Source: Schizochytrium sp. TIO01 (lineage: Eukaryota; Protista; Bigyra: Labyrinthulomycetes). Taken from it: 64,000 nt of DNA. Below are positions 1 to 12,297 of the stretch, piece by piece. The notes below the pieces were generated by a model, which ran no database searches, had not been told where the DNA came from, and worked only from the letters and a program-made list of their open reading frames with translations. The stretch covers positions 1,979,648 through 2,043,647 of the forward strand of contig SMSO01000014.1 of NCBI GenBank assembly GCA_004764695.1. The letters run 5' to 3'. Both the position numbers and the translations under genes were made by a program. Every line of letters starts with the position of its first letter. The first letter of the stretch is position 1.

Positions 1-24
1 TTTTGTGCGCTTGCGTGTCAAAGC

Positions 25-1191
25 TTGGGTACCATGGTTTTCTGAAATGGCCTCTTTCCCAAAGGTAGGTATGAGCGAGACCCGGCAGCACGTTCTCCTT
101 GCCCGGCATATTAATTTGCTCGGAGATGTAGTTAATACTTTAGCAAACCTTGATTAATTTCCTCCTGGGGGTTTTCACCTTTTGACGTCTTCCCAGGAGT
201 CTATCCGCCCATCGTTGACGCAGCTAGAATATATCAAATGGGACAGACAGAATAACTTCTTGGAGAATTACTACAGCGCAAAGACATGCCCTGGTCTGGC
301 AAGACGATTCAAGTTCACACTAAAGCTGCCCCCAAAGCATCACCTCTTTTTGCAACTGGTCTACGCTAGCAGCTTGAGGACAGCCTTGCTGCCCTGCAAC
401 TCGACCACGTTGACGTGTTCTACCTACACATGCCTGACATGAGCGTGGATATTGAGGAGTCTCTTGTATCTTGCAATATTCTACACCATGAACGCAATTT
501 CAAGGAACTCGGACTTTCGAACGTTGCGGCTTGGGATGTCTTCCGCTGCTCTCAAGTTTGCAAAGAGAGAGACTGGGTTTTGCCTACTGTGTACAAGGGG
601 GTTTATAGCCCCATTTCGCGAGGCCCTAATGGCGAACTCTTCCCCGTTGCTCGCACCCTTGGTGCGCGTCTTTGTGTATAGCTTGCCGGGGGCTTTTGAC
701 CGGTTGTTACACCACGATAGAAGACATCACTAGCTCCCAAGGTCAATTTTCCGGAAAATTCGACTTTATTCCTGGTTCTCGAGAGAACCCTTTAAAGGGC
801 ACCGGGCACAAGATGTACCGCGCCTTTTATGGTAAAGAAGAACTTCTAGATGCATGCAAACTTCTTGTAGATACTATCGGGAAGGAGCACATAATTACCA
901 AGACTTTTGTCTGGCTGCGATATAACTCGTACCTCTCAGCTCCTGACGGTATCATTTTTTGGGCAAGCAAGATTCCGCATGTTAAGTCTAACATGTTTAT
1001 TTTCACTATACTTGTCTACGGCCGAAATTGGGGCTTATGATAACGCCAATGAGCTTGCCAAATCTGCTCAAGAGCCTAACTTTCGCATGCATGGTCGTCT
1101 TACTGGGGACTTTGAAATTTACATGCAGAGATTCTCTTTGTCTAAACAGTGGGCAATGAGTAGTAAGCGTTTGGTTTGGACTCTGACTTAA
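25..1191 (+). pseudogene. Aldo-keto reductase (AKR7/aflatoxin B1 aldehyde reductase-like) pseudogene, paralog of 3207..4307
   Basis: One frame reads LGTMVF*(43-45)...VDAARIYQMGQTE*(253-255)LLGELLQRKDMPWSGKTIQVHTKAAPKASPLFATGLR*(367-369)QLEDSLAALQLDHVDVFYLHMPD...VYKGVYSPISR. After a stop and frameshift near 680 it continues as GQFSGKFDFIP...GHKMYRAFYGKEELLDA and ends GDFEIYMQRF. It is collinear with the downstream AKR but has several stops and frameshifts. Confidence 0.9.
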
Positions 1192-3114
1192 ACAACAAGC
1201 CTTCTCTCTTTTATCCCACGTCTAAGAATTAATTGTCAGTACATCTTCTTCCCAAGGACAAACTCGTCTCTATTCTCTCAAATATTACAGCAAATGCTGT
1301 CGTTGAAGCCTGTCTAGCATCAGGGCATCCTTTGCGTCGCACTTCAACATAAGAAAATTTGTCGTACATCTCGAACTTCTGAATCGAATATTCTTATAAC
1401 ATCTTTCTATTATAAACACTAATAGCCTGTTATCCTCATAGACTTTGAAACAATTAGACAACTAATCAAATAATCAAACAAACAAACAATTAAATAAAGA
1501 AAAGCGCAAGCAACGTTCAATTAAAAATCTCACATGCGCTGCGCAAAGAAGCTTTGCACTAGAGTACAAGTGGACAGGGATAGCGCAAAATCAATACACC
1601 CTAGCTCGACCTGAAATCAGGCTCATTTTGAGATGCAGCAGAGGGTTACTTTGAACGACAGAAAGTGCTTCCTAAAAAGTGTTGGCTGAATCTCGACTTG
1701 TGGCTTTTATTTGTACAAATTGATCTCCTACACCAAACTAGATACATTTCTCACTTAGAGCTGAAGAGGTGGATGGTGTCGCGAAGTTGGCATGGACAGA
1801 GCGTTCCTTATTCTTAAAAGGTAGTCAGGCAGGCACCTTGGGCGAAATCGTGTTCTTCAAAGACTTGGCCAAATTCTCATTTCCAGATGTGGTACGCACT
1901 TTGTAAGCGTCCACAACTCAGAGGTGGAAGGATGCAACTGAGGCCTTGAACTATTTCTAAAACCTGCAAAGATAGGCCTCAGGTTTGCTGGTGTATGAGT
2001 TTACGAGGTGCTCAACGAGCAGGACTGGCAAAGTTTTGGTTTCATTGCAACTTTTTGGAGGCTTTATTGTCGTCCAAAATTCGAAGGAGGGAAACTTATA
2101 ATTCTTCCGATCTGACAGAACCAGCACCCAGGTCTATGCCGCAAGTTGAACTAAACCTTGGTTTAATTAAATCTTGCGTTAGATTTTGATTCAAAATAGT
2201 CGTTTTCTGATTGAGTAGTTCTTTATTCCTGTCTTCAATGGGCTGAATCGAGCTTGTTGGTGATTTACTGGGTTGCAAACACATCTACTTTTTAATTATT
2301 TTAAATTGAGTTAAACTTGCTGATGTCTTTGGTAGAGGAGACAGAATGTGCAAATCGTCGTGCAATGTACCGAATCTTGACCATTAGCCATCGATATTTC
2401 TTGTATAATAGAATATCCTCCTACTTTTGATAGTTTGAGCCTCACACCTACATCAAAAGCCCGGCAACTAGGATTTATAGCTATGTGCGAGCTCATTTTT
2501 GCTTTCCCAAAAAATAGTTTTAAAAACATGGGGCCGGCGGCATAGTTCCTTCTTTCAAATGGAGCGTTGTATTTATATTGTTAAAGATAGTTTCATTTGC
2601 TCTATGAAACAAATTGAAAGCAGTGTTCAAAACACATTGTATTTGTGTCCTTCTTGGTCTTCTCAGCTCTGATTTTTGTGTGGTTAATCTATTCATAATA
2701 CGTTCATGGTGATTTCAAGGCTCAAAGCCATACCATAGTAGGTATTATGTAGCAAAGGTAGAAAGAAGCGTCCTTGCGGTGGCCATACCTGCTTCTGCGA
2801 CAACCTGGTTCGAAGAAAGCTGAAAGATATTTGTATTGCGCTTGCCGGGATGAACGACAGAATGCACGACAGAACTGGAGCTGGTTTCATAGGTGCCTTC
2901 TTCGCCCTGCAAGGCTTAAAAGCAGGCAACCTCGCTGAAAGAAGGCAGCCAAGCGAGGGACTCACAATGATGAACCTGTTAGTACCTTAGTCAGTAGGCA
3001 GCTTTATCATCTTTGTAAATATTGTGATTTCTAAAGGGTAATCATGAGTGTGTTTTAGCTACAAGGAAGCACATGGATAAAATGCTAGCAAATACTATGC
3101 TTAACACGAATTGG

Positions 3115-3150
3115 AACAGAACCAGAACCAGAACTAAAACCAAAACCAGA
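3115..3150 (+). repeat. Imperfect hexamer repeat (AGAACC/AAAACC)n upstream of the AKR gene
   Basis: Sequence reads aacagaaccagaaccagaactaaaaccaaaaccaga. Confidence 0.6.
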
Positions 3151-3206
3151 ATTGGAAAGCAAAAGCAAATCGACAACGTTAAAAAGAACTAAATCAAGTG
3201 AGAAAT

Positions 3207-4307
3207 ATGAGCGCTTGGGATGGTCGTCGTCCGGCAGGCCCGGTCTTGGGCTGCATGACCTGGGGATACGAGGCCCAGGTCGGTGAAGATGAGGCTGCCG
3301 AGATGCTGGCCATCTATATCGCCGGATGTGAAGAGCTTGGCTATGAGCCGATTCTTGACACTGCTCGTACCTATCAAGCTGGTCAGTCCGAGGAGATTAT
3401 CGGCAAGCTTCTGAAACAGGAGGGCAAGCCTTGGTCTGGCAAAAACGTGAAGGTCCACACCAAGGCTAACCACTTCGTCTGCCCTCTTACTTAGGAGGGT
3501 ACGCGGAAGCAGTGTGAAGACAGCCTCAAGGCCCTGCAAATGGATTGTCTTGATGTGTTTTACCTTCACATGCCGGACATGACTGTTGATATTGAGGAAA
3601 CCCTTGAGGCTTGCAATGACCTTTATGAGGAGGGCAAGTTCAAGGAGCTTGGCATCTCCAACTTTGCATCGTGGGATGTATACCGCTGCGTGATGATCTG
3701 CCGACAGAACGGCTGGGTCGAGCCTACTGTTTACCAGGGTGTCTACAATCCTATCTCTCGTAGCATTTGCTCCGAGCTTCTTCCGTGCGTACGCACCCTT
3801 GGTATTCGTGTTTATACCTTCAACCCCCTCGCTGGTGGTCTCATGACTGGCCGCTACAAAACCATGGATGACATTACCAAGGCAACTGAGGGGCGTTTTT
3901 CCACCGAGTTCGATTATGTTCCTCGTTCAATGAAGCTGCCTCTTTCTGGAATGGGCCACAAGATCTACCGTGCCCGTTTCGGTAAGGAGGAAATTCTTGA
4001 TGCCATTGTTCTTCTGAACGACACTATGGGCGCTGAGAACATGGTCGAGAAGACCTTTTCGTGGATGCGCCATACTTCATACCTTTCTGGTGATGATGGC
4101 ATTATCTTTGGTGCTAGCAAAGCTCACCATGTTGAGGGCAACATTGATGCTTTTGTGAAGAGCGCTCCTCTCTCCGAAGAAGAGAACAGTGCTTTTGACA
4201 AGGCCTGCCAACTTTCCAAGTCTGGAGAGGAATCTTACTTGCGTTCATACGGCCGTGTCCCTGGCGATTGTGAGATCTACATGAGCCGCTTCAAGCTCCA
4301 AAATTAA
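3207..4307 (+). CDS. Aldo-keto reductase, AKR7-like, 366 codons, interrupted by a single in-frame TAG at 3492-3494 (nonsense allele, readthrough or sequencing error)
   Basis: ORFs 3198..3494 and 3540..4307 share a frame and are bridged by PLT*EGTRKQCEDSLKALQMDCLDVFYLH. AKR motifs include LGCMTWG, DTARTY (catalytic Asp/Tyr), VHTKA (Lys), YLHMPD (His), GKFKELGISNF, PTVYQGVYN and FNPLAGG. Confidence 0.88.
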
Positions 4308-5156
4308 ATGACTTGTCTGTAAATTCGGTTTTTCCAAGTTATACGGCAAAGTTTTTATAGTGCCGTAACTGTCTCTCGATTGTTGCTATTATGGACCTTT
4401 TTAGCATCGTTTGTTGTCAGCACATACAGCAAATGAAGTTGTTAAGAGTTGAGCAAAGATACTATGTTTCAATTTTCCCTAGATAACTCCCCAACTATTT
4501 TCGGAATGTCTTTGTAGGTTTTATAATACTTTTGTACTTTTTTTCTTCTAAATCAGGATCCTGAAGCCCAGTATCCTCTTTGAGACGTTATTACCCCTAT
4601 TAACCCTATTGATTGATAAAAGGAGGTGAAGCAAATCGAAATGTAAGGGCCCTAATTGCTGAACACCAACGTGAATATGTAATCTAGCCAGCTCTAAATC
4701 TCTGCTTTCTAAACCAAAACAACTACTTCAAAGCCCGATGAGAACCCTTTGTATGTTGGTATTGAATGTGAGGGAATATACTTATTGCAGATTAGCATGA
4801 GTAGCAGAGCATGCAAAAGTAGTCTGACAATAATGGCGAACCTATGTGAAAGAAAAGAGGATGATATTTCTGTTACTGAGGTTCCGGTTCTGGGTAGGAT
4901 GAATGTACCATCATTTCGACCTAAAGAGGGTCGGCTAGAAGAGCTAGGTTAGGTTGGGTGGGGTGAAGTTATACACCTGGCTGTATACTACTTCAATAAT
5001 ACTTTATGCTCTTTTGCAAAGAAACAATTCACACAACAGTAGTTGACGATCCTTGTCATAGTAAGATGGGAAAAATGGAAAGATAATATGATTCTGATAG
5101 ATATATAGTAGTAACAACATGGGGGGCTTAGTAGGTTTATTATCTTCAGTAAATGT

Positions 5157-7739
5157 TTAGGCAATTCGGACTCCGGTCTGAGCCAGGATAGAGCGTTGAG
5201 AGCGGTGGTTTCCAGCCTGGCCCATCTCTTCATCTTCGGCGTCACTGACGTCTCCGTCACTGCCATCATCGGACTCACGTGTAGGATACATTTCGGCGAA
5301 AGAAATGGACGGACCTTGCTGGCGCAAGGCATTTGCAAATTCATCGTTTTCGCTGACAACGAACTTGTCCTTCTTGATAGCAGATGTTGAGGCATCTTCA
5401 TCTGCCGTCTGATGCACGCCCTTTTCAGTGCTAGCCTTGAGTTCCCGAACCATGCGCATTTTAGGCATGATTAAAAGCGTGGCAAGTACGAAATTTGTGA
5501 TGCAAATGATCATACCGAGCACAAGGAAACGAATGCTAGTTTCCTTAACATCGATGGCAAACATGACAGGGAGACCCAGCAAGTACACTTGAAGCATACT
5601 AGCGACGGCCATAAAAATAAAAATACTCTCCTGGAACTGCTTGTCGACGTGGCGGCACTTGAAGGCCATGAAGGTTGCACCAGCAAGCTTGAGACCGTTC
5701 TTACTAAAGATAATACCATAAAAGATACCCTTGACATCCTTGTGATCTGTGCAAATACCGTAAGACTCCAAAACATTACCATAGTCATCGACACTGACAC
5801 CTGTCCAAGTAGCTGAGCGACGACGTTGCCAGTACTGAGGCGCAACAGAGATCCAGATGGTACTTACAATGATGGTAACCAAAAGCATACCCAGAATACA
5901 AAGATACATGTCCTTGTTGCGAATACGCATTGTACGAAGAGATGGGTTGTCGAAAATACGGAGAATGCGGTAAAGCTTTGTGATCAAAGCACCATAAATG
6001 AAGGTGTTACCAATGGCCCACAGTGGCACCCATGCATTACATGAAAAGTTGAGGCCAAACTGGTGCTTGAGGATACCTTCGTCCATACCAAGTGGAATGA
6101 CCGAAGAGGTAGAGATCATGACACCAATGATACACAACACTAAGAACTCAGGCTGAGACTTTACAATGACCTTACTTGTCTTGTTGGAAATCACAAAGAA
6201 GATGTAGAAGCCGCAGATAGCTTCAGTAGCTACCATCATGAGCCAGACCAAGGCTCGCACAGGTGTGCCAATTAGATTGAGGTTCTCCTCGGCGGATGAA
6301 GTGGCTTTAGGTACAGAAGTAGTATTGCCGGGGAAGACCACTGTTTCGAGCATATCCCACTCTTCATTAGTCCAGCTTGCAACTTCGGCAAAGACCAGAG
6401 CGTCGCTCTCGTAAGTAATGGAAGTCAGTTGAAAAGAAATTGAACTCATGCTGCGACCTCCAGTGCTAGGATCAATGACAATGTCACCGCTCATACCTGA
6501 AAGATCTAGTGCGTCGCTGTCTGTAAGCGTGTCCAGAATCTCAGTGATATCAGACACGTTCTTGCCATCACCTGATGCGACACAATACGCCCAGCACGCG
6601 CTAACAACGGCATCGAAGCTCAGTGCAACCGTGGAAGCAAGATCACTGTCCTTCGTCGAGGAAAAAAATGAGCTAGTCACTGTTCTTGTTACATACGATC
6701 CGGTCTCTGGGGCAAGAAAAGACGAACCACCTGGGAGGCGCGCGTTCACATAGCTGAGGAACGTGCTGCTACTAGAGAGTGCGGTCCACTGGTTGAGAAA
6801 TTTAGTAGACACTGATGAACCATATGTGGTATCTAAAAGGATGTGCTGCTGGTGCTGAAGTGCTGACTTGTATGTCTCTGACTTGTTTGCAATCGCAGCA
6901 AGTTCTGCACGGGATACCAGATCCATGAAAATGAGAAGCTTGCCCTCGCTCGTCATGTCGTTCTCGACCGCATATTCCACAATGGTTTCTAGGTCAGACC
7001 CAGAGGCGATGATTAAAACGATGTTGAGGTCTAAGTCCTTGAGGGTTTCCATTCCTAACTTTGCACCTGAGGAGTCATTGAGATCAAAACCCTCAGAGTA
7101 GAGGGTAATGCCCAAATCTTCCATTTCCTCCAAAAGGGAATCACGATAGGTTGTGCCGTATGTGTCCTGCTGGTAGATGAGGCCCACGTAGTCCCAGCCA
7201 TAGCTATCCATAAGTTGAGCGGTGATGGTAGCTGTGTTGAGATCAGATGGAATTACACGCAAGAAGTTGCTGTATTCGTAGCGATCCGAGAGATCCTCAG
7301 AAGAAGCTTGGGGCGAAAGGATACCAATCTTCTCAGAACCGGCCACAAGAGATGTAGGAATTGCTGATGAAGAGCGTGTTGGGCCAACCACGAAATTTGT
7401 GCTGCTGGACGATTCGATACCACTGAGCAAAACCTGGACGGCGGTTGCGGGGTCATACTGCGAATCTGTTGCAACAAAGTTGAACGTGAGATCTGAGCAA
7501 GTAGAAGACATACCACTAAGCTCAGAAACAACTGTACTAATTTTATTTTCACACATGTAAGCACCCATTAGCATGGCAACGTTGGTGACCTCCTCCGCGA
7601 GAGTGTATTGAGTGAAGGTGTCATTTACAAGCACACCGTGCAAACCCATCAACTGAATGTTAACATCGGTTGCTTGAGTTGGTGTTGCTGCTAGGAAAGC
7701 ACTGGTCCACGCCAGAGCGTAGAGGACCTTGGAGAACAT
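5157..7739 (-). CDS. Class C G-protein-coupled receptor (GABA-B-like: signal peptide, Venus flytrap/ANF-receptor domain, 7TM_3), paralog 1
   Basis: First ATG at 7739 gives the signal peptide MFSKVLYALAWTSAFLAATPTQA. VFT motifs are VVGPTRSSSA, SPQASSEDLSDRYEYSNFLRVIPSD and YGWDYVGLIYQQDTYG. 7TM_3 motifs are VIVKSQPEFL, C..WVPLWAIG, YGALITKLYRILRIF and FQESIFI. There is no Cys-rich linker. About 860 aa, intronless. Confidence 0.9.
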   Translation of the reverse strand: MFSKVLYALAWTSAFLAATPTQATDVNIQLMGLHGVLVNDTFTQYTLAEEVTNVAMLMGAYMCENKISTVVSELSGMSSTCSDLTFNFVATDSQYDPATAVQVLLSGIESSSSTNFVVGPTRSSSAIPTSLVAGSEKIGILSPQASSEDLSDRYEYSNFLRVIPSDLNTATITAQLMDSYGWDYVGLIYQQDTYGTTYRDSLLEEMEDLGITLYSEGFDLNDSSGAKLGMETLKDLDLNIVLIIASGSDLETIVEYAVENDMTSEGKLLIFMDLVSRAELAAIANKSETYKSALQHQQHILLDTTYGSSVSTKFLNQWTALSSSSTFLSYVNARLPGGSSFLAPETGSYVTRTVTSSFFSSTKDSDLASTVALSFDAVVSACWAYCVASGDGKNVSDITEILDTLTDSDALDLSGMSGDIVIDPSTGGRSMSSISFQLTSITYESDALVFAEVASWTNEEWDMLETVVFPGNTTSVPKATSSAEENLNLIGTPVRALVWLMMVATEAICGFYIFFVISNKTSKVIVKSQPEFLVLCIIGVMISTSSVIPLGMDEGILKHQFGLNFSCNAWVPLWAIGNTFIYGALITKLYRILRIFDNPSLRTMRIRNKDMYLCILGMLLVTIIVSTIWISVAPQYWQRRRSATWTGVSVDDYGNVLESYGICTDHKDVKGIFYGIIFSKNGLKLAGATFMAFKCRHVDKQFQESIFIFMAVASMLQVYLLGLPVMFAIDVKETSIRFLVLGMIICITNFVLATLLIMPKMRMVRELKASTEKGVHQTADEDASTSAIKKDKFVVSENDEFANALRQQGPSISFAEMYPTRESDDGSDGDVSDAEDEEMGQAGNHRSQRSILAQTGVRIA

Positions 7740-8514
7740 GGTGATGAAGTGAGTAAATTGGCTGTGTTTTTGACAGGTTTTGCGGGCGAGCCCCACCTCA
7801 GCCGAAGGGATAGCCTCTGGACGAGGCGCGAGAGCGAGTAGAACCTCTAGAAGAAGTTGAAGAAGTTGGTGTAATATATATGGTCTCTGTCCGCAGACAA
7901 CAACAGAACGTCAGAATTGAGCAATTGGGCGATCAAAATGATGCCAATGCTATATTTGTGTTGCTGCCGGGGCTGTCCCTAGGTTGATATAACCTTGATA
8001 TCGCTGGGATAGGTCTTTTGGGGTTTGGGGCAGAGACGCACGATTTGGGACTGCCGGATGGTGCATTGGGGAAGCTGGACTTTTGTCAGGGCGATAAGGC
8101 TTACTATTCTGAGTTTTCCCTACCCCTGCTCGGGGCAAAGTATACTCATCATTAAGTAAACTTAGCATCACACGTAGTAGTGCTCCCTGGTAAGACGATA
8201 ATTAGAAGAACTGTGATCGGCGCTAAGTTGGGGCATCCCATAGCTCGCTAGTAATGGACCAACTAAAAGGCTCGGTTGTTTGTCACACCCAGCAGTCCCG
8301 CCTCCAAATTGAAAGAACTTCCAAGGTTTGCCCCACGTCAGTCATGACGTCTAGACGCTGTATCCTTGCCGAGTTCCTTCCGAAGTCTATGCGTCTCGGA
8401 CTCGGTTGTAGTCGGCCGTCCCTTCCACGAAAGTCACTCGTGGAACTCGGGAGGTTGTCGAACCAACGTAGCCCAATATCACATCATCGTCACTCCCAAT
8501 TCCTTCAAATTCTT

Positions 8515-8559
8515 TCACTCACTCATTCACTCATTCATTCATTCATTCATTCATTCATT
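8515..8559 (+). repeat. (CACT/CATT)n tetranucleotide microsatellite
   Basis: tcactcactcattcactcattcattcattcattcattcattcatt. Confidence 0.9.
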
Positions 8560-11500
8560 GACATGAAGGACTTATTCATCAGACTCCTGAAAGCGAAATA
8601 AAGAAAGCTATCCTCGTGGATACCATCAAAATAGTGGTCTTTCATGCAAAAAAAAAAGAAAAAGAAAAAAAAGAACTCAGAGCTAAAAAAAGATGAAAAA
8701 ACAAACAAAATAGGAGCTTACAAAAGACCTGTAAAATCGGCATGGTGGATCGATGACCAAGACCCCATTATACACAAACATGTATCTCATCTTCGAGCTG
8801 ATTAAGGACGCGCAAGTCCCAGCTTGGCAGGCGGCCGCGTGAATGTAACTGTCCAGGCTTTGAAGTTCCGCTCATGACCGCGGCAGTAGCATCTGCAGCA
8901 GGTGCTTATTTCCTGTTCATTTATCCATCCGTTTTCGGTGCTTGCACGCCGACATTTTCCTTTTTTCCCTAAAAGTAATTAAAAAGATAAGTAAGATAAT
9001 AATAAATACTGAAAAACAGAAAGAAAGAAGTATTATTGTTCTTAAAAATGTACCAAATTATCTATGAAAACTAAACAAACTAGAATAAAAGTGGCATGAG
9101 ACTCTCAAAACCACGCAGGCACGCCCTTCGAGCATGGTGATGGTCACCAAATTGAACCTCGTTCGTAAATTTGTAACTCTCAACTCCTTTGGCCGCAAGT
9201 CCCGCAAACGACAACAATTCTGAAGGCGAGGAGCCTCGAGTTGCAGCATCTTGGTCATTTCCTGCTCCTTCTATAGCAATGGAAGTAAGCTCTCTTTTGC
9301 CCGCCTGCTCAGCGGTCACAACTATCGCAGAGAACGAAAAGAGGAACTTTGCAAAGCGCCACAGAAAAGGCAACAGCAGATAATAGACAGACGGAGCACT
9401 GCCAAGATACTGCACGCAAGAGGCCTTCAAAGTCGCCAGCGCCCTCCGTAGCCGTTTCGAGTTGACGAACTCGCGAGCTCCAAGCGACCCGCCACGTCTA
9501 CTCTGTGCTGCACGCCCACGGAGGAACAGAATGTACAACAAAAACAAACGATCATGACACATACATACTTCAAGAGGTGCTTGGGTATCGCAATCGCTTT
9601 TGCCTTCAAGAACTCGAGTTTGCAGTGAACGAAAAGGCCAACAACGTCTCCAGGCATCATCAAGCTTGGCCACGCCAAAGACAAGGCCACGAGCTCTGCT
9701 CTGCAGCGCGTCCGAGTTCAAGACAAGTTTGTTGGCCCCAAATTGCGGAAACAAACGCCGCGGCCCCAGCAGCTTTGCGAGCGATCATGATCCTGACCAT
9801 GAGTGAGCAAGTGTTCGGAAAAGAGCACTGAGAACCCATCCAATAAGAAGAAAATTGTTTTACTCTTGTCTCGTAGATCATAATTTATAACCCATTCAAG
9901 TTATAAACAGCGCTGTTTCTATTCTTCCCTCAAAGGCGCAGATAAGAAGAGGAATTGGAAAAGAGCGACAGAGGCGACTCTTAGCAAACAGATAAGCGAA
10001 GAGGTAGAAGGTACCTAGGTACTACTGGGGGATGAGAAATTGAACCATTGAAAGACAGGCCCATCCGAGCTCTGTTCTCTGAAACCTTTGTGCTGCCGTA
10101 CAGAAAACGTGCTTGCAGCAGCAAGCCATGAATTGCAATGCAGCGAGCTTCGGATGCTTTGCACGCGTGGAGCGTGAAGACTGCTTTTCGCGCTCGTAGA
10201 CCAGTTTGAGCACGCCAGCAAGCTATGAATTTGAACGATGGTTCTCAACCGTGCGTGGGTGGCGATAAAATCACTAATGGGGTGCCAATGGAAGATGGTC
10301 ATTCTGTGTACCCCAAAACGCGCATTACGTCATGTAGTGGCATTTCGAACACGAGTGAAAGTGACAACTTCAAGTTAAAAGCTAAAGGCTGTAGGAGAAA
10401 GCCACGAGGAAAGGGCCCGAAAAGATTCATCGAAATAGCCATCTGATTAATTGCCATTATTAATAAAGTATTTGATTGGCAAGCTCGCTTCTCTGACAAA
10501 TTTGACGCAAAGAATGTCTTCGAAGGAGTTTTAGTGTTTCAAGACTTGCACAGGAGGGCACTGTAAAAAGCGACTATCATCTCATGCTGATTAAAAATAA
10601 AAATGAAAAGTTGAAGTGGCACAATCTGATTTTCTTTCATGTGTGGGATTAAAGGAAGACCGAACCTAGGGCAGGCAAACGAAGCAGTCAAACAGATCAT
10701 CATTTGTAGAGCTGTGAGCCGCGCGTGAAGGGTTGATTTCTAAATATTTCAAGCGGTGAGCTAGCCGCAAAATTCATTGGAGGGTTAATAGGGAGACTTG
10801 ATCCGGCTAATGCTGCTGTGGAGCGCTGCCATGTTCCGCTGCTGCCTGCAGGTTTCTAGGTTGCGTACAAAATGAGCTTCCAGAACTTAGTGAAATTACT
10901 TGCCTGTAGTCGAAGTTGCGGCAGGATGTTTTTGCAGTGTGAGGGCAGTGCAGCTCAACTCATTAAAGCTAAAGACGAAACCAAAAACTGACAAGGTGTC
11001 AAGTTTTGACATAATGTTGGCAGGGTGTCAAGGCTGGTTTGTCACGTAAATACGTCGGAAGCAATAGTGGGCGCCGTGGCTGCGGCAACCTGGAGGCAGC
11101 GGAGAATCAATTGTGCTAGGTGCAATTTAGTAGAGGGCGACGTGGAATTGGGACATTAATTCATAACCACTCCCAAGTGTATGACATCAAGGTTGTGGAC
11201 AAAAAGTCCACCGGCGGAAAGTCCCGTTGCGCAAGTGTCTCAGGAATCCTTTACATTTTAATGCGTCCGCACAGCGAGTATCAGCCCCGAGGTCCCGAAT
11301 TGAGCCTCGATGCAGCGAATCCTGTTTAAACTATCTTGCTCACTTCCAAGTGTTGACGCTGCAGGTCAGGTCTTAGGTCCTTTCAAGATAGATAGCGTAA
11401 ATTAATCAAAGAGAACATTTTAGTTTGGTTTTACGTGGTCCGCTTGTCATGAATAGTTTGTCTCCAGGCTTGCTAAATTTCGGAGTCACCTCTTGAGCCT

Positions 11501-12297
11501 GAGTTTGCGTACCTTGGTGCAAAATCCATGCAAACTTGCCACATTCTTTTGATACATCAAGCATTATTCCACACGGCTCGTGTGCCACCTTTTCAACGTC
11601 ACAACATTTAGCCTTAGCCACGCAAAAAAAAAAAAAAAGACTTTTAACTACCGCATCATACTTTTGAACATGTCCTTCTACAATTCAAGAATGGTTCATC
11701 CTAGAAATAAAGTCCGTTCCTATCGCTGGCTGCACCAAATGTTTTGGAGGTCGACGCTGAGGACAGCGAGCGCCACCACCAAAATGGAATCATTGCTATA
11801 AAAAGTAAAAAACCCGATCGAAGTTCTGAACCGCATACTTATAAGAAGTATATAATGATCTCCTTTAAAGATAGCACAACCTTTTCTAGTTCCTGATTTG
11901 TGCAGCCGATAGCGTAATGAGTAGAGGACTTGGTTTTGTTTGATTTCTAGTTTTCCGCCCTCATTTACACAATACTCAGCTACATATTTGATACTAGGCA
12001 TAACTAATAATAAAAAATAAAATGTTCGTACCTAGGAGTCCTATTTCGTCCTACCACAAAATATACTTATGAGAATCAGGATCATTCAGATACAACTTAG
12101 CAGACGTTGTTCTAGTCCGCCTTCAGGAGTGCGACGACCGTCCGCTGTAAAGGCGGCCAGAGCGGTCTCGCACGGCGCTAGCCAGCGAGAAGCTAGTCTG
12201 CCTGGTCTAACAACTGTGCCTCTCTGCTCTTCGCTACTTGCTCTAAAGGCACGGAGCAGTCGTGTCACGAAGAAGTCCCAACCACCACCAGCATAAT

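Noticed and set aside
3447-3494. Intron that would remove the AKR in-frame TAG (GT at 3447 or 3477, GCTAAC branch-like site, pyrimidine tract, TAG acceptor)
   Set aside because: The 48-nt version deletes VKVHTKAN, including the catalytic Lys, and the paralog conserves this segment as coding. The 18-nt version is implausibly short next to the 173-nt NAE1 intron. RNA-seq would settle it.
9080-9831. 224-aa and overlapping ORFs in a GC-rich island
   Set aside because: No recognisable domain, non-ATG starts and similarly open frames on both strands. Probably non-coding, though a real gene cannot be excluded.
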